Source: the human T2T-CHM13v2.0 reference genome, Homo sapiens. Taken from it: a DNA stretch of 64,000 nucleotides. The stretch is taken from the NCBI RefSeq assembly GCF_009914755.1, contig NC_060932.1; one strand, written 5' to 3'. Both the position numbers and the translations under genes were made by a program. Position 1 is the stretch's first letter. The number at the start of each line of letters is the position of its first letter. The notes below the pieces were generated by a model that had not been told where the DNA came from, ran no database searches, and saw only the letters and a program-made list of their open reading frames with translations. This document shows positions 53,535 to 64,000 of the stretch, one piece after another.

Positions 53535-55030
53535 TTTTTTTACATTTATTTTTATTTTACTTTAAGTTCTGGGATACACCTGCTGAGCATGCAGGTTTAT
53601 TACATAGGTAAACATGTGCCATGGTGGTTTGCTGCACTTATCAATCTGTCATCTTGGTTTTAAGCCCTGCGTGCATTAGGTATTTGTCCTAATGCTCTCC
53701 TTTCTCTAGCCCCCCAACCCTCGACAGGCCCCAGCGTGTGATATTCCCTTCCCTGTGTCCATGTGTTCTCATTGCTCAACTCCCACTTGGGAGTGAGAAA
53801 ATGCAGTTTTTGGTTTTCTGTTCCTGTGTTAGTTTGCTAAGGATGATGGTTTCCAGCTTCTTCCATGTCCCTGCAAAGGACATGAACTCATTTTTTATGG
53901 CTGCATAGTATTCCATGGTGTATATGTGCCACATTTCTTTATCCCATCTATCATTGATGAGCATTTGGGTTGGTTCCAAGTCTTTGCTATTGTAAATAGT
54001 GCTGCAATAAACATACATGTGCATGTGTCTTTATAGTAGATTGATTTATAATCCTTTGGGTATACACCCAGTAATGGGATTGGTGGGTCTAATAGTATTT
54101 CTGGTTTTAGAACCTTGAGGAATCGCCACACTATGTTCCACAATGGTTGAACTAATTTACACTCCCACCAACAATGTAAAAGCATTCCTGTTCCTGCACA
54201 GCCTCACCAGCATCTGTTGTTTCCAGACTTTTTAACGATCGCCATTCTAACTGGTGTGAGACAGTATCTCATTGCGGTCTTGATTTGCATTTCTCTAATG
54301 ACCAGTGATAATCAGCTTTTTTTCAAATGTTTGTTGGCCACATAAATATCTTCTTTTGGGAAATGTCTGTTCATATCCTTTGCCCACTTTTTGATGGGGT
54401 TGTTTGTTTTTTTTTTTTCTTGTAAATTTGTTTAAGTTCCTTGTAGATTCTGGATATTAGACCTTTGTCAGATGGGTAGATTGCAAACATTTTCTCTCCT
54501 TCTGTAGGTTGCCTGTTCACTCTGATGCTAGTTTCTTTTGCTGAGCAGAAGCTCTTTAGTTTAATTAGATCCCATTTGTCAATTTTGGCTTTTGTTCCAA
54601 TTGCTTTTGAGATTTTAGTCCTGAAGTCTTTGCTCATGCCTATGTCCTAAGTGGTATTGCCTAGGTTTTCTTCTACAGTTTTTATGGTTTTAGGTTTTGC
54701 ATTTCAGTCTTTAATCAATCTTGGGTTAATTTTTGTATAAGTATAAGAAAGGGGTCCAGTTTCTGTTTTCTCCATATGGCTAGCCAGTTTTCCCAGCATG
54801 ATTTATTAAATAGGGAATCCTTTTCCCATTGCTTGTTGAAGATCAGATGGTTGTAGATGTGTGGTGTTATTTCTGAGGCTTCTGTTCTATTCCATTGGTC
54901 TATATATCTGTTTTGGTATTAGTACTATGCTGTTTTGGTTACTGTAGCCTTGTAGTATAGTTTGAAGTCAGGTAGTGTGATACCTCCAACTTTGTTCTTT
55001 TTGCTTAGGATTGTCTTGGCCACATGGGCT
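53535..55030 (-). mobile_element. L1PA8-like, 5'-truncated (about 1.5 kb)
   Basis: Antisense 3'UTR with GTTTTAAGCCCTGCGTGCATTAGG; ORF2 C-terminal peptides in ORFs 53895-54185 (HCWWECKLVQPLW) and 54371-54637 ([14 protein letters not shown]). Confidence 0.93.
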
Positions 55031-55638
55031 TGTTTTTCTAATTTCATTTTCTAATGGCCTTTGCTGTAATATAAAAACACAATGTATATTTATGGTGATC
55101 TTTAACTTGTGACTTTACAAAACTTGTTTATGAATTATAAAAGTTTTATTGTGGTTCCATACTATTTTCTATGTTTTTATGATATACAGACACATTTATC
55201 ATTATGAGATGTCCTTCTCATCGCTGTACTATTTCTTGTCTTAAAATCTATTTTGTCTGTTATTGATAAAACTAGGCAAATTCTCTGATGGATACAGTTT
55301 TAGAGTATACCATATGCTATCCTTTTAATTTCAATCTTTTTATGTCCTTGAGTATAAGATGTGTTTTTTGTTGATGATATAAAATTGTATCTTACATTTT
55401 TATCAAGACTGATGATATATGCCCCATTAATAGAAGGTTTAGCACATTCACATTTAAACTTGTTATTATTATGTGTTGTCTGTCATTTGCTACTTTTTAA
55501 ACAGTTGTGTCTTTTCAGTTCCTGTTTCTCCTTTACTGGCTCCTTTTGTACCAAATAAGTATTTTCAGTGTGCCATTTTAATTTCTGTTTATTTTTGCTG
55601 TATTATTTTGAGTTATTTTATTAGTGTTGGTTTATGTT

Positions 55639-55820
55639 AGGGGTTGGCAAACATTTTTGTAAAGATAGCAAATATTTTAAACTTTTTGGGTTACATGATC
55701 TTTGCTGCAACTGATCAATTTGTTATTGTAGTATGAAAGCTGACACAGCCAATATGCAAATGAGGAACTAAGTCTGTTTTTCAATAAAAATGTACCTGCA
55801 ATCAGTTAGCAGCCCAGTTT
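55639..55820. mobile_element. MER58A-like
   Basis: AGGGGTTGGCAAACATTTTTGTAAAG...AAATATTTTA...TGCAACT...CAATAAAA. Confidence 0.75.
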
Positions 55821-56611
55821 TATCTATGAGTGATAGCTTATCCACTCAAGTTCTGGGCATTACATTGGGTATATTAACTTGTTCAATTTACTTCAGAATT
55901 ATAATTGCTTATTCTAATAAAATATATCAATTTTGCTCCAACTTATTTTCTTTTCTTCCTACCTCTTTTGTGCTAATATTGTCATATATATCTATATGTT
56001 ATAAACTCCAATTACAGTGTCATGATTATCTATGTATAATATCTATATTTAATAAGTTAATAAAAGATAGAGAAAACATTTATAGAATCTTTCATGTATG
56101 CCCACATATTTACCATTTGTGACACTTTTAATTTTTTCTGTCAACTTGAATTCAGGGCTGCTAGCAACAGTTTTTTTCCAAAAATATTTATATTTTGCCT
56201 TCATTTTTAAGTTTTGCTGGTTATAAAATTCTTTGTTGACAAATATTTTCTGCCATAATTTTTTTGTCTGTTATTTCTAATAAGAAGTCAAGCAATAATC
56301 ATGTTGTATATGATTGGTCATTTATCTCTAGCCTTTACCAAGTTTACTCACTTTTTGGCTTTCAGTAGTTAGACTACTATGTGTAGATGTGTTATCTCTT
56401 TGTCTTTATTCCGTTTGGCATTTATCAGGTCTCTTAAATCTATAGGTTAAAATTTTCCATAAAATTGAGACATTTTCAATTATTATTTTTTCCTGTACTA
56501 TTTTTCTGTCCCTTTCACTTTCTCCTCTTCTTCCTGTGGTGTCATTTCATGTATGTTGCTATGCATCATATATGGTGTCTTCCCACAGGTGTCTGAAGGT
56601 CTGTTCACTTC

Positions 56612-56930
56612 GTTTTTTTTGTTTTTGTTTTTGTTTTTGTTTGGTATTTTTTAGATGGAGTCTCTCTCTGTCACCCAGGCTGGAGTGCAGTGGTGCTATC
56701 TTGGCTCACTGCAACCTCTGCCTCCCGAGTTCAAGTGATTCTTCTGCCTCAGCCTTCTGAATAGCTGGGACTACAGGCTCATGCCACCACATCCGACTAA
56801 TTTTGTATTTTTAGTAGAGAGGAGGTTTCACCATGTTGGCCAGGATGGTCTCAATCTCTTGACCTCGAGATCCACTCACCTCAGCCTGCCAAAGTGCTAG
56901 GATTACAGGCGTGAGCCATTGCACCCAGCC
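56612..56930 (-). mobile_element. AluSc-like
   Basis: CAGGATGGTCTCAATCTCTTGACCTCG; (TTTTTG)n tail; TSD T(G/A)TTCACTT. Confidence 0.94.
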
Positions 56931-59179
56931 TATTCACTTTGATTTAATCTTCTTTCTCCCTGTGCATTAGACTGGAAAATTAATTTTGTTATATCATCAA
57001 GTTCATTGATTCTTTCTTCTCCTATCTCAAATCTTATGCTAAACTCCTCTAAATAATTCATTTTTGTTATTGTCCATTTTAACTCCAGAATTTAAATTTG
57101 ATTTATTTTTTCTTAATAATGCCTATGAATATTGAGTTCCTCTATGTGGTGAGAAATTTTCATTGTACTTTCCATTAATTATTTAGCTATGATTTTCTTT
57201 AGTTATTTGAATATATTTATAATAGCTGCCTTGAAGTCTTTGCTGAATTCCACATTTGTTGACAGAGACAAAAATCTATAGACTTTAAAAATTTTTGCTA
57301 AATATTGGTTACACTCTTGTTTCTTTTTACTTTTATGCACAATAATGAGCATTTTGATAATGTATGTTGTAATTCTAGATTCTGACTTTTCCACAGTATG
57401 TTTTTGTTGTCTTGTTTGGTTGTTTATATAACTTGCCTGGACAAAGTTTGTGAAGTCTTTCTTCCTGAAATATGTGCCTGTTTATTTATCTGCTCCTATT
57501 TTTTCTTCTTGTTTTTATTTTTAAGTCTGGCTTCCTACGTAACTGGTCATCTTAAGAGTGGGTTCATCTTAAGAGCGGTAAAAGAATGTGCTCAAAGACT
57601 TTGAGCCAGTAAACTTCCTATTCCCTGATGATGAATGTATGAATGTCCTGGAGAAAGTTTTTAAATCTCAGGCCATTTTAAAGCTTCCCTGGCTTTTACC
57701 TCCAATAGGCCCTTTCATGCCTCCTCCACACATGCATTTAGGCTTCTTTTGCCAAGAATGTTTGGATGCCTTAGCACCCCTCTACTCTCTGCTGGACACA
57801 CACAGTGACTCCCATCAATCAGGGATATGTGGCTAGCTTAAGTCTTCCTTTGACTATCTGACTTCTACAGCTCCCTATTACATCCCGTGCTACTCCTACA
57901 GTTCATTGTTTGCCCCAACTACGACCTCAATCTCAGGCTAATGGAGCCACTGACCTCTTTTTTCAATTGCCACTGAGATTTCCAGTTTAATGTATAATAC
58001 TCCCAATGAAGTGAGTCCTTTCTGACAATAGGTGTAAAGCTGCTGGTTTTCATATCCTTCCAATTTGGGTTAAACTACTATGCCAACAGAACTGAGGGAG
58101 TCCTGGGACTAGTGTGGATGAAGCAATCACAGACTGTTAGGCAAGATTTTTAACTATTCTTAGCTGAAATTCAGTAGTCTCAATAAATTAATGTTTCTTA
58201 GTTGGTTTTATGACTTTTGTTAAATCCCAGAGCTCTAAAACTGCTGATTTGACCGTTTGTTCAATTTTGCAGTTGATTTTTGAGGGGAAGATTTGTCAAG
58301 CTCCTCAAGCCAAGAGTCAGAACAACATTTTTATATAAATGCTTATATAAAAAGCTAAAGAGACTTAGATAATTCTTTACAAATACATTGCTCAATAATT
58401 GAAGTCAATTTTGCACCCATAAATTATCTTGTGATGGATACATTTAATCAAATGCAGAAAATATAAGCAAAGCCTTTTAATTAAAGAAAGGGCTTCTAGT
58501 AAAACAGAAAGCAACTGGAAATCTGTGAACTTCATTATTTACATGCACATTCAGTTTTTAAGCTTGTGAATTTTATATAAAGCAAAATATTTTTTCACTA
58601 ACAGAATTCTGTTAATCAGAAATAGTGTATGATACATATAAGCTATAAGATAATGCAAGCAACTACTTCAAGCATTCATTTTTTTGGAATGTTAATATCC
58701 CTTGTGGTGGTGTGCTAACACAGATATGTATCTGTGTTGTGATATAGTCCTGTTTCCTGAGAAAATATTAACTGCTAAAGTGGTGGGATTATGTTTGCTT
58801 ATACTTTTCATTTGTTCATTTCATCATGCCTTCTGACTATCCAGTCAGTAATTTTGCAACATTTGAGTATTATTCAAAATTATGAATCTTCAGTTATACA
58901 AATAATATCAAATGGTTTTCTTATTCTGCAATTTCTAGGAAAACCAGAAAAGCCTTAATTTGTTGATGTAACTTTAATTTAGAACCTCTTTCAATTCTGA
59001 GTTCTTCATTCTTTTAGCATTAAACACACAAATTATTTTATTGCTATAGCCATTCTAAATGTAATAGATACTCCAAAAGCCATCTCTAAAAGACACCTCT
59101 CACACTAAGTGGTTCATGTCGGGGGAAATGTTGTGCTAAATAGTGTATGCTAGAAAATATTTAAGTAAACTGTAAAACT

Positions 59180-59480
59180 GGCCAGGCGCAGTGGCTCACG
59201 CCTGTAATCCCAGCTCCTTGGGAAGCCGAGGCAGGAAGATCACGAGGTCAAGAGATCAAGGCCTTCCTGGCCAACATGGTGAAACCCCATCTCTAAAAAA
59301 AAACACAAAGATTAGCCTGGCATGGTGGTGGGCACCTGTAGTCCCAGCTACTGGGGAAGCTGAGGCAGAGAATTGCTTGAATCCTGAAGGCGGAGGTTGC
59401 AGTGAGCCTAGGTCACACCACTGCACTCCAGCCTGGTGACAGAGTGAGACTCCATCTCAAAAAAAATAAAATAAAAAAAA
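59180..59480 (+). mobile_element. AluSc-like
   Basis: GATCACGAGGTCAAGAGATC and CAGCCTGGTGACAG; 17-bp TSD AAGTA(A/G)ACTGTAAAACT at 59163-59179 and 59479-59495. Confidence 0.95.
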
Positions 59481-59657
59481 GTAGACTGTAAAACTAATTT
59501 TTTGACTAAAATTTAGATGACCAAAATCTATATGACCTCAGATAAGTCATTTGCAGGTCCTTGGTTTATTTCATGACTTAGATGAGAGTAAACTATTGTG
59601 CTATAACATCTAAAATCACAAACTGTAAACATCTCTCTCATTGCAATATGTTACATG

Positions 59658-60002
59658 TGCTATGGCTTAAATGTCTCTGAAAAAACTCATGTTGAAATTT
59701 AATTGCCATTGTAACACCATAAAGAGGTGGGGTCTTTAAGATGTGATTAGGTCACAAGGGCTCTGCCCACATGAATGGATTAATGCTGTTATTGTGGGAG
59801 TGTGTTAGTTATTGCAGGAGTTCAGCCTCTTTTTTCTATCTCTAGGGCTTGCTTGCCCTTCTGACATTTTATGACACAGCAAGAAGGCCTTCACCAGATG
59901 TGGCCACTTGATCTTGGGCTTTCCAGACTTCAGAACTTCTGTTTTTCATAAATTATCCAGTCTATGGTATTCTGTTATAGCAGCAGACAAGAAACAAAAA
60001 CA
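59658..60002 (+). mobile_element. MaLR solo LTR, MSTB1/MSTC-like
   Basis: TG...CA ends, AAACTCATGTTGAAATTTAATTGCCA body, perfect 5-bp TSD ACATG at 59653-59657 and 60003-60007. Confidence 0.9.
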
Positions 60003-60794
60003 ACATGTTTGTAACTACAATTAATGATGAACATGTTTGTAGTTTAAGTGCACTCTTAAGTTAGATGATGCAAGAGCAGGAAGCTGGTATGCTTTGTCTT
60101 CTCCAGGTAATCCTATCTGTCCATGTTAGAAAGTAATTATGGAAGAATTTAGATAAAGCCTCTTTTATTTACTTTTATTTTAAATTCTAGGATATTAAGA
60201 ATATAGAGAAAATGTGTGCAAGTCAGAACAAACAATTTAGAGCACCAAGTCTTTATAGAAAAATTCATCAGTAACTGACAACTCCATAGCAGCATCTACA
60301 CTCTCCTTTTTAAATGTCACAATTCACAAAACTGACTTCCTTCTTTCTTCTCTTCCTTCTATACTATATAGTTAGTACCAGAATGCCTTTATAGGCATGG
60401 GTAGGCAGTCCTGGATAATGCAAACAAAATATTTTTCTCATGTACTTTACATTCTTCTGAGCAAGTCAAGAGCTTAAGGATTTGAAGATCAAAGATAAGG
60501 CTCTATGCACAGTGTAACCAGCATCCTCATAGTATCATCAAGCCCTCAGGTTCTTTCTGTCTCTACTCCTCTAGTGTTAATTTCATTCTTAGGCTGGTCT
60601 CCTCATTGTCACATTTAGTAGACAATCTGTGCTGCAGTCTGCACTGCATGCCTGTTCATATTCAGCAGGATATAAAGTAATCCTGACCTGGAGCCTAGAA
60701 TGTAAATCATTATTTTTCATCTGATTAGCTCATTAATTCATCCACCAAACCCTGGAACAGTAAACATCTTTGGGAACTCCACATGCTCTCACAA

Positions 60795-60960
60795 TTTCTC
60801 TCATCCATGGCTGTACTTTAGGGTTTGGAAAACTCTTATAACACACACTGATGCCCAAGCCTTGTGTTGGACCACTGAAATCGGAATCTCTGACACTGGG
60901 GCCTTGTCAATGGTATCTTTTATAGGTTCCACATTTTCTGCCGGCCTGAGGACTGCTGGC
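60795..60960. mobile_element. MER5-like relic
   Basis: ACTGATGCCCAAGCC...CTGAAATCGGAATCTCTG...TGAGGACTGCTG. Confidence 0.45.
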
Positions 60961-61139
60961 GTAGCACAATGAGGATTTACTTTTTTGTCTTATGATGAGT
61001 TCATACCCAGATTAAACTGGAATTCTCTGAGAGAAAGAAAAAAAAAAGGATCGATTTGGGGTAGCAACCAACTATGTCCATACAAGCTTTCATGATTTTC
61101 TTGACGGTTAAAACAAATGTGGAACACTGTGCAGCAGAA

Positions 61140-61770
61140 GAAAAATTCAGAGAGACAATTGGGCCACATAGGGGACTACAGAGAGCTGCATCTGATGTTT
61201 GAGTTATATCTTAAGGAATTAACAGGAATTCCCTACATGACTGTTAGGCATCATCACAATTTTAGTGTTGTTTTTTCTCTCTGATGGAAGTGTGGAGACA
61301 ACCATGGGTACAGAGGAAGAAGTTGGAGGCAGGGAGACCATTTGGAAGCTATAATTGAGTAAACTTCATTAGGAAGGATTATGGACTGAATTAATTTAGA
61401 AAAATGGAATCTAGGCACAAGGCCACAGAAGGGATATGTAGAAAAAGGGTCAATATGATGTAATAATCAATTAGTGTTGCCCTGCATGATGAGGGAGATA
61501 ATTTTTTAGGCTGATGGCCAGTTTTCTGCTTGAAAGGTCAGATGAATGTCTGTATCATTTATAGAGATAGGAAATACCAGGGGAAGGACAGGCTTGGGAG
61601 ATAATGTCATGGGTTATGTTTGAAGGGCCTGAGGCATGGGAGGCTGTGCCTAAGATACAAGAGAATGGCAATTTTGGGAATCAACTGAATGTTCATAACT
61701 AGAGACATGGATTTCTGTGTTGTTTGCAAGAGGTGGTTGAAAATATGGTCTTAGTGACCATCAGTGGAAG
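61140..61770 (-). mobile_element. L2 relic
   Basis: TGGAGGCAGGGAGACCATTTGGAAGCTAT and TTTTGGGAATCAAC antisense L2 motifs. Confidence 0.6.
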
Positions 61771-62759
61771 GAAACAAACCAAAAACTCACCTTATTTTAA
61801 AAAGATTATAAGCCTATTATATATTGTGTAAAGTACTGAAGGGTTAGAATATCTGCTTAAAAAGCACCAATAGCAAACTTGTAGGCAACTGCAGCAGTGA
61901 AATAAAGGTTTTTTAAACATTGGAAACGGACATTGTTTTCAGAACATTCTTTTTGAAGATCAGCATGTATTGTGGTATTCACACTTCTAAGGCAAGGTCA
62001 TTGTTCTTTTATTTGTTTCACACAGAAGTCAGCTTCAAGGTCTTGTCAGGATTAAGAGTACCTTCAGCTTGAGGTATTACACCATTATGTTCCAGATAGT
62101 TTTTGTGAAATAAGTGAGAGATTATCATGTCTATTTTTTAACAGCCCTCTGTGATTGATCTTTTCTGAATAAGACATGGTTTAGAAAGACTCAAGAATCT
62201 CTGGTTTGTTTTCAGCTTCTTCTTTTAGAGATATAATAAGGTCTCTCAGTTGTAATGTCGTCGGGATTTGAACTTCCCCTGAAAGGGTCAAGTTTGTCTT
62301 CGATTGTAACAAGACTAGTGCTCAATTACCCCTCGGCTTTGGTATCTCAAATAGAGAGCTTCCACAGTTCCAGAGCAGCTGAAACTCTTAGTCATGTGGT
62401 TTACTATTTTATGATGCCATGTATAAATATTTGTTTCAATAATGTCAAGCCTCTTTACACAGTGTCAAAATCATGCTAAAATGTTCCACCTTTTCTTGCA
62501 TACCTCTTCCTACATTTCTCTTTTGTTTCTAAAATATTTTAGGTGCTTTCATGGGAAAAATATCCTTACATAGCCAAACCATATAATAGTCTATAAATAT
62601 ATTCTACTTAGTTCTGTGTGTATGCTTAATCAAAGCATAAACTTAATAACTTTCCTTATTTCAAAGTATATGAGGATAATAGTGTTATTAACCTTTAAAT
62701 GTAAACAATTAGACAGACAACTATGGGCAGTCCTGTTATACTTTTAAAAGTATTTAGAA

Positions 62760-64000
<1,241 letters not shown>

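Larger units (their letters stand above)
52555..58320 (-). mobile_element. Old L1M fragments (3' end, ORF2, 5' region) hosting younger inserts
   Basis: Antisense 3'UTR at about 52560 and T-rich ORF2 homology (CCATTGAATCTATATATACATTTGCAGAGAATTG); more degenerate distally. Confidence 0.65.

Noticed and set aside
53776-54637. ORFs with real L1 ORF2 peptides
   Set aside because: Frameshifted pieces of a 5'-truncated L1PA; not a functional CDS.
60002-60045. Two AACATGTTTGTA copies resembling p53 half-sites
   Set aside because: The spacing is too long for a canonical response element, and one copy overlaps the LTR TSD.

Overview
This window is AT-rich, non-coding hominoid (probably human) genomic DNA, intronic or intergenic, and largely made of interspersed repeats. 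I recognise AluJ/S/Y copies, L1 of many ages (old L1M, L1MA, L1PA8-like and two young L1PA2-like inserts), L2, CR1/L3, MIR, MaLR LTRs (MLT1, MST), an ERV9 LTR12 solo LTR nested in a near full-length Tigger1, small DNA transposons (MER30, MER58, MER5, MER47-like) and microsatellites. I see no host protein-coding exon, RNA gene or CRISPR array, and the provided ORFs are repeat-derived or chance. The most informative structures are a 5'-inverted (twin-primed) young L1 with a 5-bp junction microhomology at the right edge, the NF-Y-rich LTR12 promoter, an ancient tRNA-headed SINE, an L1 whose 5' end joins its host L1 at the homologous position, and several fold-back and tandem micro-duplications. 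I cannot support a previously undescribed biological system here. Subfamily names come from remembered consensus sequences and need RepeatMasker/Dfam confirmation. Boundaries of old elements are approximate.
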